In this document: piece after piece, positions 23,440 to 37,000 of the stretch | Layout of the letters: each line of letters begins with the position of its first letter | Position numbering within the stretch: position 1 is the stretch's first letter | Source: Octopus vulgaris | Lineage: Eukaryota | Assembly: GCA_951406725.2 (NCBI GenBank) | Contig: OX597815.1 | Span: forward strand, 56,916,001 to 56,980,000 | Direction: 5' to 3' | Length of the DNA: 64,000 bases | Notes under the pieces: generated by a model | Databases searched by the model: none | What the model was told of the DNA's origin: nothing | What the model saw: the letters and a program-made list of their open reading frames with translations, nothing else | Program-made: the position numbers and the translations under genes

Positions 23440-26400
23440 ACCTGTACCAGAAGTTCCTATCCTTTGGCTGTCTCCCATGAACACTTGTAATGGCTTTATG
23501 CCATCCCCACTCCTACTTAGGGTTTATCTCCTGTGTAAGGTAGTGATCATACAGTGCATAAATATGATGGTATAGTGTATGCAGGTTGAATTGAAGGCTA
23601 TTGTTTGTTTATGAATTCTGCCAAACACAAGCTTTCTTTTCAGGTACATGACGCTGCTGTCCCCCATCCCAGGGTCTAACAGGCCCATACCTCCCACACC
23701 CTCAGGGTTGGCACTCTCAACGTTGGCACACTGAAAGGTAGGTCTGGTGAGATTGTTGAGATGCTTGAACGGAGATGTGTCGATATGTGCTGACTCCAAG
23801 AAGTAAGGTGGAGAGGAGGCTCTGCTAGGTTCCTCACAGGCAATGAACACATGTACAAGACTTTCTGGACAGGGAACACTGACAGGGTTGGGGGCGTGGG
23901 TATACTGCTTGTGGAGAAATGGGTTAAGGTAATCGAGGTAGTCAGAGTATGCGACAGAATACTTAAGATTAGATTAGTCCTTCATCATGGGTTAGCAACC
24001 ATTATCTCGACCTATGCCCCTCAGCCGGGGCTACCCGATGGACAGAAAGACTGATTTTATGACACCCTCTTGCAGACTAACTTGTTGACGAATGACCGGG
24101 ACCTTTTCTTTGTGGCTGGTGACTTCAATGGACGTGCTGAACAACATACAGGGGGCTTCCATGGCATATATGGAGGCTAAGGTTTTGGTTCACACAATGA
24201 GGAGGGAACCAGGCTGCTGGAGATCTGCGATGCAAATGATCATATGGTTTGCAATACTAACTTCAGGAAATCTGCTAGTCACCTACCATTCTGGCTGACA
24301 CACTAGCCAAATTGACTACATCCTTGCCAGAAAAAGGGAAAGATGGCTACTTATAAAGGCTAAAACCTTCCCAGGTGAAGAATGTGCCCCACATTATAGA
24401 CTGGTAGTTAGCGACTTCAGGATCAGGGCTAAATGGATGCCCAGAAGACGACCAGTATGGCGGAGAAGGGTCTGGAGACTTAAAGATCCTGCAAATGGAC
24501 AAAGATTTAGCATACTAGCATTAAAGACCCGTCGTTGCCGGGTCATAGTGCTAGTGCATGTATATATGTGTATATATATGTGTACATATTACATGTACAT
24601 CTATATATATACATCTACACATAAAATACAAAATACAAAGTTATATCTTGATATCACTAGTGATAACAATACTCAAAATATATAACAGACTGGAATTGTT
24701 AGCCCGTCTCTTGTAATTTCGATCAATTGTATTTTGTCCTCCCTCTTCTATAGAAGTGTGGCTACAATCCAACGGCGAAATTCATTTTTTGACTTTCTTC
24801 TATCAAAGACATTTTAACAAAAATACTTCCGTGTAAACGGTGAAAATATTGTCAATTTTCCCAAACAGGGACATAATTCAATTTTTAAACTATAACCAAA
24901 GCTCCTTCTCCCAAAGGGGGAGGGTTATGGTTTACAATTATTTAACAAATGCAACACAACAACGCTTCCCTTACGAGGAACCAACAAACGTGATAACAAT
25001 AGTTAAACAGAAATAATAATAACAACAAACCTTACGGTAAACCAAAAAGCAGTACTCTGTTGAAGCTATAGGCCTTTATGGATCAGAAATAAACTAACAG
25101 CGATACTCAGTAGAATGCTTAATGCTAGCTAATTAGCAAATAATCTAATGTAAAAGCCATGCACACCACCATCTGGACCATTTCTCCACTTAAATTTTAT
25201 TTTTTATTTATTCCCATTCATGTGAAACCACTGATTCAAGTTCAAGTCATTGATGCAATTTTATACCAATTGCTATATTTTTACTTTTGTTATGTTACGA
25301 TAATATTATACTTTAGTTTGATTTTAATTATTACTTACTACATATAATTCAATTATTATTATTTTTATTGTTAAAGTGAAAGTATCTGACATAAAATAGA
25401 GAAATGTTTTTGTTTCACTTTTAACACATAATACTGAAATAGTGGAGAAGATATGATATTGCTATGGGCTCGCTCTAGGCAAGAAGTTGAACATTTTTTA
25501 TTGCCCATGAAACTACATGGACCCTAAGTAAGGCATGTGTAAAATTTGAATGAAATTGGTTGTGTAGTTCTCAAGTTTTAGGGAAACACACAGACAGACA
25601 GACAGACACACATTCTCAGTTTTATATATATAAAGATTACTTGAAGCCTTTGACGAAATAGAAGAGGATATAGCTTCACACGATATAGAAGACAACTGGA
25701 GGTTTCAACAGGACAATCTGCTAAGGGCCACTGACCAGATCTGTGGATGGTACAAAGTCCCCTCTCAACCCAGAAGAATATGTTAGTGGAACAATGTTGT
25801 TGACAGGGCTATTAGAGAAAAGAAACAGGCTTGGAAGGACTGGAAGAACGGTGGTAGTAGGGAACTGTATTAGACTGCCAAAAGGGAAGCTGGGAGACAG
25901 GTTTATTTAACCAGAGGGGAAGCCGATAAGAAAAAAAATTTGCCAGTGTTCTGTGCTGTGAGGACCAAAGACTCAAGATATTTCGTGTTGCAAGACAGTG
26001 TGTGAGAGAGAATCGTGATGTCGTAGGAGAGAAATATGCCCGCATGGATGATAGTTCACTTGCACTAAACGAGGCTACAAAGAGAGATTTGGAGATGCCA
26101 CTATGAAAGGTTGCTCAATAAAGAAAATGAATGAGAGAAAGAGAGTCTGCCAAATGTCGACCCAACAGAGGGACCAGCTATCCGAGTTGACAGTGCCTTG
26201 GTAGATAAAGCAATTAAGAGTATGAAGACAGGGAAAGCCCCCGGCCCATGAGGAATCACTACAGAGATGCTCAAAATATCTGGTGGTGTTGGCTATAGCT
26301 TAGTCAACCATATAGTTAACCAGGTGATACACGAAGGAGTCATACCCAATGACTGGTGTAGCAGCACTATAGTCAACTACTACAAAGGTAAAGGTGACAC

Positions 26401-28352
26401 TTTAGATACAAATAATTACAGAGGTATCAAGTTGTTGGATCAAGTAATGAAGGTCACAGAGAGGGTCATAGCCCAACTAATTAGGGAGAGAGTCAGTTTA
26501 GATGAGATGCAGTTTGGGTTTGTGCTAGGGAAAAGCACCACTGATGCTATATTTCTGGTAAGACAGCTGCAGGAGAAATACCTAGCCAAAGATAAACCTC
26601 TGTACCCTGGCTTTAATTGACCTGGAGAAAGCCTTTGACAGGGTACTCCGATCTCTTATCTGGTGGTCAATGAGAAAACTAGAGATAGCTGAATGGTTAG
26701 TGAGAGCTGTGCAAGCCATGTACATGGATGCTGTCAGTAAGGTGAGGGTTGGCAATAAGTACAGTGAAGAATTCCGGATAGAGGTTGGGATCCACAAAGG
26801 TTTAGTCCTCAGCTCCCTCCTATTTATCATAACAGGAATTCAAGACAGGATATTCCTGGGAGCTCCTTTATGCTAACGACCTTGCTCTAATTGCTGAGTC
26901 CCTATCAGAACTAGAGGTAAAGTTTCAGGTGTGGAAGCAAGGATTAGTATTGAAGGGCCTTAGAGTCAACCTAGCTACAGCCAAAGTCCTAATAAGTAGG
27001 AAGGCAGACAAACCACAAATCCCTTCAGGTAGATGACCCTGCTCGATCTGTAGAAAAGGTGTAGTTAGAAACTCTATAAGATGTATCCAGTGTAAGCTAT
27101 GGACACATAAGAGGTGCAAGCAATGTCAAAGGAAGGCTAACTGGAAACATAGTTTTTGTATGTGGCAGATGCTCAGGAGCAATAAACAGTGAAAATGGGC
27201 AGAGAACAACTTCCACCACGTTCCAGGGAGAAAAATTATCAGTAGTTGATAGCTTCCGTTACATAGGTGACCAAGTCAGTAGCAGGGGAGGTTGCACTAA
27301 AAGTGTAGCTGCTAGAATAAGAATAGCCTGGGTAAAGTTCAGAGAGCTCTTACCTCTGCTGGTGACAAAGGGCTTCCCACTCAGAGTAAAAGGTAGACTG
27401 TATGACGCATGTGTACGAATAGCCATGCTACATGGCAGTGAAACATGGGCCATGACTGTTGAGGACATGTGTAAGCTCACAAGGAATGAAGCCAGTATGC
27501 TCCGCTGGATGTGTAATGTCAGTGTGCATACTCAACAGAGTGTAAGTACCTTGAGAGAAAAGTTGGACCTAAGAAGCATTAGGTATGGTGTGCAATAGAG
27601 ACGACTGTGCTGGTATGGTCATTTGACGAGACTGGATGAGGATAGCTGTGTGAAAAAGTGCCACACCCTAGTGGTTGAGGGAACCTGTGGAAGAGGTAGA
27701 CCTTGGAAAACCTAGGATGAGGTGTAAAGCATGACCTTCAAACATTAGGCCTCACCGAGGCAATGACTAGTGACCGAGACCTTTGGAAATATGCAGTGAA
27801 TGAGAAGACCCAGCAAGCCAAGTGAGACCATAACCCATGGCCTATGCTAGGGGTGTAACCAGTTCACTTACACGTACCTTTCCTTCATTCGGCACTAAAC
27901 TCTGTTTGTGAAGACCTGTTGAGGCAAGTGAAATTGAAATCAAATCAAATTCAATGACTGGCACCCATGTCAGTGGAGTGCTAAGAGCACCATCTGAGCA
28001 TGGTCATTGCCAGACTGGCATGTGAAAATGCTGGTGGCACATGAAAAAACATTCGAGCAAGGTTGTTGCCCATTCCGCTGGACTTGGCTCCTGTGCAGGT
28101 GGCATGTAAAAAGCACCATTTGAGCGTGGCCATTGCCAGTACTGCCTGACTGGCCCTTGTGCCAGTGGCACGTAAAAGCACCTTCTACACTCTCGGAGTA
28201 GTTGGCGTTAGGAAGGGCATCCACCTGTAGAAACTCTGCCAGATTAGATTGGAGCCTGATGCATCCATCTGGTTCGCCAGTCCTCAGTCAAATCGTCCAA
28301 CCCATGCTAGCATGGAAAGCGGACGTTAAACGATGATAATGATGATGATGAT
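23440..28352 (+). mobile_element. Near full-length decayed RTE LINE, copy A (APE-RT-PHD finger)
   Basis: 'LRVGTLNVGTLKGRSGEIV', 'GDFNG', 'NYRGIKLLDQVMKV', 'DLEKAFDRV', 'RLYDACVRIAMLHGSETW'; repetitive 3' UTR with (GAT)n tail. Many stops. The 5' boundary is approximate. Confidence 0.95.
24515..25636 (-). mobile_element. Non-autonomous Helitron inserted in RTE copy A
   Basis: Minus strand begins TC, has (TGTC)n near the 5' end and ends CTAG preceded by hairpin GACCCG-N7-CGGGTC (24526-24544). It sits between host A and T with no TSD, and the RTE sequence is contiguous across it when compared with copy B. Confidence 0.9.
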
Positions 28353-28599
28353 AAAAGCTCATAGGCTGTAATGAAAGAAGTTTGATAAACTATAATTTAT
28401 CACTCGTGTAATTAGTTAATTATTCCATTAAGAGATATTTAAAGTGAAGTTTATTCAGCTGCAGTTATAAGGCATTACTTAATGCAATCATTCAGATGGC
28501 AACTTGGTGCACTATATCGGCATGTTCCTTTATCCAAGCATCAAAGTTTCAAGTAAATACATAAATATATACCTAGATTTTATTTTGGCAAATGTAAAA

Positions 28600-28910
28600 A
28601 GACCCCCTTTATGACCATGGGATTGCACCTAGAAAATTCCCCTCCAAGGTACAATTTTGGGCAAATTTGTTTATGGAAAACCAGCAGTTGCCCATGCATA
28701 CCAACCTCTCCTCTTCATGCCATAAATGTTGTACAAGAGAAAGATAAAGGCTAATATAGCTTGATGCTAGTGACATTGCAACTCATTTATACAGCTGAGT
28801 GAACTGGAGCAACATGATATAAAGTGTCTTGCTCAAAAACACAAAGCACAGCCCAGTCCAGGAATTGTGATTGTGGGCCCAACACTCTAACCACTAAACC
28901 ATGCACCTTT
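28600..28910 (-). mobile_element. tRNA-derived SINE family C
   Basis: Minus strand TGGTTTAGTGGTTAGAG...TTGAGCAAGACACTTTAT..CATGTTGCTCCAGTTCACTCAGCTG. Confidence 0.7.
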
Positions 28911-29733
28911 ATATCACTACATATGTAAATATTGAAAAAGAATTTGGCAATATACTGCCAAACTCCATATATGAAACAAATACCTGAGGGACTTATATTT
29001 TGACAAGAAGCAAACCTTTCAGTAACTACTTAACTTCAACAGTAAAACTTTATAAAACATTTTCACTTCATCCTTCTATAAGCAACTTATACATTCTATG
29101 AGACCATTGTCTAGCTCATGCTTGTATGACAGATGGACTGATCCATCCCATTGCTGTGTCCACCTACACAACTCACCCTATTACTGTTACTACATTATCC
29201 ACTCCCTATCTCCTTCACACTAATTTCTGAAATTACTTTTCCCCTCCCCTCCTCTGTTTTTTCTACTTTGACCCCATTTTGTCATTCTCTCAATTATCAT
29301 CCTCTCATATAAAATCATTCCTTTCTGTCATTGGATACTCTCTTTTGCTTTGCAAACTGCAAGGTAACCACAACAGCTTGCAAAAAGTATACTGCGCAAA
29401 AAGTATCCAGAATTAAGTTGTTGCTAATCGACCCAAACAGCAACAATGCTAATATCTTTAGTCTAACTTACTTAGAGCTGATGCCATGAAAATTGCATCT
29501 GGTACACTATAAAGTGGTAGGTGTAAAAAGAGCATCCAACCATAGAAATTATGACAAAGATGGGCATAATATGATAGAATTGAAAGAAAATAACCCACAT
29601 GAGTTATTTCCTTTTTGTCACATTTAGAATGCACATGACAGAAAGTGGCTGCTACCCAAAATAACATATCTATGTGGAATTAAAAACATGGTTTTTGCCT
29701 GAATGATGTATGATATTCTGAACATTAACATGC

Positions 29734-30052
29734 ATGTGGTTTAGTGGTTAGGGTATTCAGTTCGTGATCATAGGGTCGTGAGTTCGATTCCCAGTGGCGC
29801 ATTGTGTCCTTGAGCTGGACACTTTATTTCATGTTGCTCCAGTCCACTCAGTTGGCAAAAATGAGTAGTACCTGTATTTTAAGGACCCAGCCTTGCCACA
29901 CTCTGTATCACACTGAATCTCCCTGCGAAGTATGTGAAGGGATACATGTGTCTGTGGGGTTCTCAGCCACTTGCACATTAATCTCACGAGCAATCTGTTC
30001 TGTTGATCAGATCAATTGGAACCCTTGTCGTAACAAGCAGCGGAGTGCCAGT
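29734..30052 (+). mobile_element. tRNA-derived SINE (family C-related head)
   Basis: A box TGGTTTAGTGG, B box GTTCGATTCCC, then GTGTCCTTGAGC..GACACTTTATTTCATGTTGCTCCAGTCCACTCAG. Confidence 0.75.
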
Positions 30053-30216
30053 ATGTAGTAACATGTTATTCATTTGATGAAATTTGAAGTAACATCCTAT
30101 AAATCATATTTAATAATGCTTTCTAATTTTGACATAAGGTCAGCAATTTTGAGGAGAAGGGATGTTGCAATACCTTAATCCCAAAGTTCTGTATAATTTC
30201 ATATTGATACAGACTA

Positions 30217-30262
<46 letters not shown>

Positions 30263-30869
30263 ATGTGTGTGTGTGTGTGTGTGTAAATACACACACATGT
30301 ATATGCATATACATATAAAAATTTTATATATATGACTAGGCACAGGCACCTGAGGTAAGTGCCCTCTGCTGTAGCCCTAGGCCAACCATTATCCTGGGAG
30401 GAAAATACGGTTGACAAAAACTATGAAATTTATTGTGTGTGTATGAGTATGTATGTGCATGTATATAAATATGGATATTCTATACTTGTCACTTGAGATA
30501 AATAGTGACTATTTATATAGGTAAATAGTGACATTCCTTCATGACATTGTAACTGATTGCTTTGTAGTCTTGAAGACTGCTGGAATAAAAAAAAAACCCT
30601 TACTATAAAAACAGGTAATGGCTGGCAACAGGAAAAGCAACTGAATGTAAAATCATGCCTCTAATAACCTTCTGTTCGAATCCCTACTAGCATGGTAAAA
30701 CAGATATTAAATGGAAGAACACACTAACACACACGGACTGTTGGAAATGCATATGCTGCTGACAACCATAGGCAGCCAGTCTGCCAAGTTTGTTTACAAA
30801 TATTCTTCATTATAATTACTCTTGTTCAATTATTATGTGAAACTGTATTGAACAACTCAGCAATATTTT

Positions 30870-31890
30870 ATGATGGTTGACAAATTCAAGCAGCATGCCT
30901 GCATTATATTTTGCATAAAGCTCAACACATCTTTAACAAAAACCATCAAAACCCATCAAAATGCTCTGCCTAGCTTTTGGTGAATATTGTATGTTGAAAA
31001 CAGGTTTTTGAGTAGTATGCATGTTTCAAAGCCAGTTTAACATTGGTTCAAGATGATGGTTGTTCAATGAGATCAATCCCTAGCAAAATGCCAGAAAATG
31101 TAAAAAAGATTCTTGAACTCATCAAAAAGGACTGTTACCAGCTTTGTCACATGATTAAAATCATTTATGGAGTCTGCCATAAGATTCCCATGCATTGTGT
31201 TGGTATGATGTTTGTCCTCTTACTTATGGCATACAATCAAAAGCTGGTATATCAGATGCATTAGAAAGCTTTGTAAGGAGGATAATGATGACCCAATTTT
31301 CATCACTAGAATCATCACAATGATGTAAATTTAGTTTATGACTGCACTTCAGAGTTAAAACAGTAGTCATCACAGTGGAATGGTCTGTCAAGACCAAAGA
31401 AAGCACAGTAGATCCGAAATGTATTGAAAAGCTGGGTTGTCACTTCTTTTCAATATTAAGGGCATTGCTCATCATGAATTTGTTCTCGGCAGTTTAATGA
31501 ATTCAGATTTTTACTGCTATGTTTGAGATGCTTGAGAGACATGTGATGAAAGTAAGTATAATTATGGCACAACTGCAATTGGCTGTTGTATCATAACATT
31601 CCCATTTACACCTCTCTCAAGATGATGCTGTTTTTAAAAAAGAACAAAGTGATGAGCTTTATATCTTTCATACTTGCCTGACTTATCCCCCTGTGATTTT
31701 GCTGTATTTCCTCAAATGAAATTGAAGTTGAAGAAGATGACAGGAAATCTGAAATAAATTTCAAGTAATATTAGATGGTCTTCAAGAAGACCTCTGCAGT
31801 GTTTTTGAGGTGCAGAAGATGCACTTGGAATCTTGATATACTTTCTTAAAATAGCTATTTTGAGGGGTATGGTACCTGAATATAAATACA
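30870..31890 (+). mobile_element. mariner (DD34D-type) transposase relic
   Basis: 'VQDDGCS.R..SKMPENVKKILELI' HTH region; 'YLPDLSPCDFAVFPQMKLKL' is a decayed YSPDLAPxD motif. Confidence 0.75.
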
Positions 31891-32019
31891 TTATTTACTG
31901 GAGTACACATATATATATTGTTTAGGCCACCTGATCCACAAACTTCTTCTGATTCCACAAAATTCAAATGTGTGTGTGTGCACATGCATGGGTGCATGTA
32001 TATATATATATATATAAGA

Positions 32020-32220
32020 GTTCTGTGCCATGCCACATAAAAAGCACTCATGCCAGTGCCACTTGTGTGGTGCCACATAAAAGCCCCCCAACACACTCTG
32101 TAAAGTGGTTAGCATTAGGAAGGGCATCCAGCCATAGAAACCATGCCAAATTAAGCTAGAGCCTGGTATAGCTCTCTGGCTTGCCAGTATGGAAAACAGA
32201 TGTTAAATGATGATGATAAT
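32020..32220 (+). mobile_element. RTE 3'-tail/SINE copy
   Basis: GCCACATAAAAAGCAC repeats, AGGAAGGGCATCCAGCC and a (GAT)n tail. Confidence 0.75.
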
Positions 32221-32379
32221 TTAGATGATATTGTAAGGTATTGTGATTCCTTACAAGCTTTTTAAAATTAAAAATTATGTATATTAAGTAAAATATATTG
32301 AATTTCTAAAGGAAAGAAACAGGAATGAAAGTAATAATATTACATTGTGTGAGTGTTGTATGGGGAAAGAAAGCATAAT

Positions 32380-34090
32380 TTGTCTACCTTGTGGGTTCTT
32401 TCATGGCATTGATCATTTTCTACCAGTTAATATCTGTAGGTACCTTACCAGCTTAATCTCTAGCCAGAACCTAACAGAAAATTCCCTCTATTCACATAGC
32501 TACACATGTCCATTCTATCTGACAGCCCATGGTATGCAGTCTTCTGACCTCTAAGTTACTTAACCAACACTGCAGCTATCCCTCACTCCGAATCCTCTGG
32601 TACTACCAACCAGGTTTTCTTCACCTTGATTAGAATGTCCACCTTATTCCTTTCTGGAGGTACAAAGACCATGTTCAATTTCAAACTGAATACAACAGCT
32701 AGCTCTCCCAGAATCCCAAAGCAGCTCTTTATTTACATCTCCGTCTCACCTTTGGTTCATACCCTCCTCTCACCAGTAATTACTGATCCCACCCATCCAA
32801 ACACAGTGATGAGGTCAGTTCAAATTTTTATAGTACACAGCTCCCATCTCAGAGCCAGATTCCTTCCCTTCAACACTGTATCCAATTCAGCCATATCGAT
32901 GTGGTTGCAATCATCCATTTCCTGAGCTATGCTGTTTCCTCTACTTCAACGCCTCTATTTCCAGTATTTCCACTATGCTGCTGGTGTCACATCATAAGAT
33001 CCTGTTCTTCAATTTACATACCTACCAACTTCCACTTACTAGGTCTTCTGCTCTTACCCACTCTAGGATCTCCTACATCATAGCCACTGTCCTCTCTCCT
33101 ACTTTGCACCCCACCAGCTCAGCCTATCCACTTGTCTCTTAATATAGCTACACACTGTTTGGAGCTGCCTCTTGATTGAGTAGTGACCCACCAGTCACGC
33201 ACACATTATAAACTTCTTGTTTGTTCATGCTGGTACCCGGCTCCTCATTTCGTCTCTGAAATACCAGTATGTGTACCTTATCTCTTTAAAACTTTTACAA
33301 CTTGTCTACCTTTTCCATAATAGATTTGAGGACTGTTGCCATGATCTTTAGGGCTGAATTCAATCCAAATTCCAGCCTTGTCAAGCATTACGTCTGGATC
33401 TTATGTCTTACCAGCTGATATTTCCATAAATTCTCAGCCATCATGTAGCTGAAAATATGCCAACTTCAAGTCAACGATTGTGGAAGCCCTCATTATCTGT
33501 CTCCATTCTTGTAATGTTTCCCTACAGACACTGGTAGCTTCACTACCCATGTGGTACAATTCATAGTCATTCAGCTCTGAAAAGTCCTGTACCAGCCTGA
33601 CCTTGCCTTTCATTGATTGCACCACTACCATTAGCAGCAGTACTCTGCTCTTTACTTTCTCCTTCCAATCCATCTCTCCACCTCTCCCTCGAACATGCTC
33701 CTGATTCTGCTGGATTCAGAAGATCAAGGTGGTGGTAGTGCAAGACATTGAGGATGTAACAGACAATAGCATTTCCTTTGCCACAGAAGGGGCTAATGGC
33801 ATTACAACTGATTTTTATTTTTGTGACATATACTGAAGAAAAAAATGGGCAAAGGCCAAAATAGCTGATTGTATGAGGGGAAAAATACAATTCTTTCATA
33901 GCATCGATCATTTTCCACCAGGTTATATCCGTAGGTATCCTAACCTCTGGCTAGAACCTAAAAGCAAATTTCCTCTACTCACACTACTACATGTCTGTCC
34001 CATCCAACAGCCCCAGGGCAAAAAAAAATTCACACTGGTCCTGTTTCTTCTCACATGACCTCCTTCACTTGTGTGCCTCTTGCAAGGCCC
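32380..34090 (-). mobile_element. Second decayed Gypsy-type fragment (RT/RNase H/integrase), same lineage as 1587-4842
   Basis: 'GKVRLVQDFSELN..CRETLQEWRQIMRASTIVDLKLAYFQLH'; 32640-33100 parallels 3000-3450; a ~125-bp segment is duplicated at 32398-32530 and 33894-34020. Confidence 0.75.
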
Positions 34091-37000
34091 TTCAGTTATT
34101 TGTGTGATTTCACTGACCCTATGCTTCTGGTTCAACTCATTCCCACAGTGAGCTTAACTGAAAAGTCGAACTCATGAATATTGAGTTAGTTTGAATGTGT
34201 AAAGTGATTATTTTGTAAATAATCTTATCGTCAGACCCAGCTTTGGCAAAGAATAGATTCCAAACTGGACATTGCATGCAAAGGTATATAGCAACTGTCT
34301 TGTAGTCTAAAAAAGACAACTTCATTAAGGCTAATATATTATCTAAGTTCACTAAGCATTGAAGACATGAAATAGGTAACTTGTTTTAAATTAATATACA
34401 CACTTGAAACAGTCTTAGATTAAAATACTGGCATGAATGGAAATGAATTATCTTATGGATAAATTTATAAGTTTATATTTTATATACTTGTAACATTCTG
34501 TTTAATATAAAATAAATTTTGTTACAATATCAAATATCTTTTATATAGATGTTATTTTACCATCAGTATGAAATGTTTTTCATTTTAAATATATTTACAG
34601 TCACGTCATTGCACTAATCAGAATAAGTCTAAGCAGAACAGTAGAATTACATTTTTTGATGTCATTTTTAAAGATTACTTTTAATTTGTATCATGAATTA
34701 TATTTAAATAGTAAATTTGATTGAAAAATCCTGTTACATTGTCTTGCTAAATGTTTGAAAAACTCAGTAGTCTGTTATTTTCTTTGAGGCAGAAAATAAC
34801 AATGATTATTACTACTAAATTTAAGATAAAATATTTCATTTTTCATCTTACTTTTTATTGTGTAATATCTTGCTTTCTAAATTTGATAGCTTTATGATAT
34901 CAAGTTTAGTTTTTAGATACTTGCTATTTTGCAGCTTTTGCTTCATTTTCTGCTCATATTTGTCTGTAGTAAAAAGTATTCTTAATTTCTCTCATAAAAT
35001 TCTTGCATGACTATTTTCTTAGTTTCCATATATTTTCTTTCACAATTTGAACCATATTTAGTAATCATTATAATGAATTTGTGTGTACACTACTGTGTTA
35101 TTATTCAGATAAAATGTTTCTCTTTAAATATTATATTTTGTTATGGTTGTTCAGATCAATTTAGCTATTCAAGAATTAAACAAATTTCTTCAGTAAAATA
35201 ATTTCATAATTTCTTAATTTTAAAATTAAATATTTCTTTTTAAAGTTACGTTGTTGATATTTTCTCTTTTATAAATGTTTCTCCTTTTCAATTATTTAGT
35301 GATGTGATTTTAGTACTGTTTGTTATGCAAATTACTATTATCGTTGTATGTTAATGTTCCTATTTATATGCTTTTGCCTAGTCTCAATTCATAAGATTCT
35401 CCCAAAGCACTATCTTTTAAAGTGTTGTTAAAAGTTATGAAATAAATATGCTATTGTTATGTACAACTTAATAGTCTATTTTTATCATTTTAAACTAGAT
35501 ATTAGAGAATTAAAGCACAGAAATTTAAAACATTTTTCAGAGTTTCGTAAGTTCAAGCTTTGTGAAAAACATCGAAATGAACTAATCACAGAAAGTAACC
35601 CCCACCTACCATAAATAGCAGTAACTGATTCTATTACTTCTTATTGACCTATCATTAATACTTCAGTTTAGAAAAAAATTTTACTTGGAGATTTTAGCAT
35701 AGAAAGACAATTGGAAAAGAGTGAATATTGCTTAATGTGATGAAGAATTATTGCCTCCTTTTCTTCCTTCTCTTCGTTTCCTCTTCCTTCTCTTCCTCAT
35801 CATCATTATCATTTAACATCCGCTACTTCACGCTTGCATAGGTCAGATGGAATTTGTTAACATAGAATTTCTATGACAAGATGTTCCTGGTGCCAAATAT
35901 CACCTGTTTCCAAACAAGGTAATATTTCTCATGGCTAAACATGTTTTCTACCGAAGACTGGAGATGAACAACATCACTTGTATGATGGTGATGTGTCATG
36001 TGTTGTCAAGTGGAGGTACACATACATATAAGTATGCACACACACATTTCTGTGTGTGTGTTTGTATATATACATGTGTGTGTGTATACAATGAGCTTCT
36101 TTTAGTTTCCATCTACCATGTTCACTCTCAAGATTTTGGTTGGCCCAGATGCTACGCAGTGGGACAGAACCTAAGATTACATGGTTGAGAAGCAAACTTC
36201 TTGACAAAGCAGTCATGCTTGTGCCTATATATTGATATGAATTGTTGAAGATTATACTGTGAAGTATGATGGCCCATATAATCTTTTTAATATAATCATA
36301 TTACAGATTTATAGTTGAGTGGAAATGTAAGAGTTAGAATGGGCATGATATTTCACAATGGGAAAACAACACCATTAAAATTGTTCAAGCTGATTATTTA
36401 TTGATTCACACACCAACTACTCTAACAATAACTATCATCATCATCATCATCATTATTGATTTGCTTTACTGCTATTTCTTTTTCTCCATCTCTCTCTCCC
36501 TCTTCACTTCTACTATGGCATTGTTAAAAATTAGTTATATCAGATATGTATGGACTAAAGGGCTTCTAGAATCTTGGTCATTTAAGTTAGATGCAATGAC
36601 CATAAGTGAGACTAGCGCTTCTAACTTACAGATATTCATACTTCTTGTTGACCATTAAGTTAATGCTTTTCTCAACCATCTCAGATTGAGTCTTGTTTTG
36701 GAAGGGATTAGATTTCAAGTTCTCTGTACTAGAATGGCAGGTAAGTAGTAACTATCTGGTAAAGAATTATCTAGGTATGTGAAAACATTCTGAACAACAC
36801 CTTGCTAATAAGTGTTAGTGGGAGACTGGAATGTTATCTTAAATGCACTCATGGATTACATCAAAATAATGAACTGAATAGAAGGATGTGAAAGTTTCTT
36901 AAATCAGCTGAGGCACTTCCAAATGTCTGTTTCTTTGTTATATCAATGTGGACTTAGCCAAATCAAAAGAGATTGTGTAGGTCACATTAAAATAGAATAT

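Noticed and set aside
36700-36750. Host exon ending at CAG|GTAAGT
   Set aside because: No supportable acceptor or ORF; the surrounding sequence looks like a decayed repeat.
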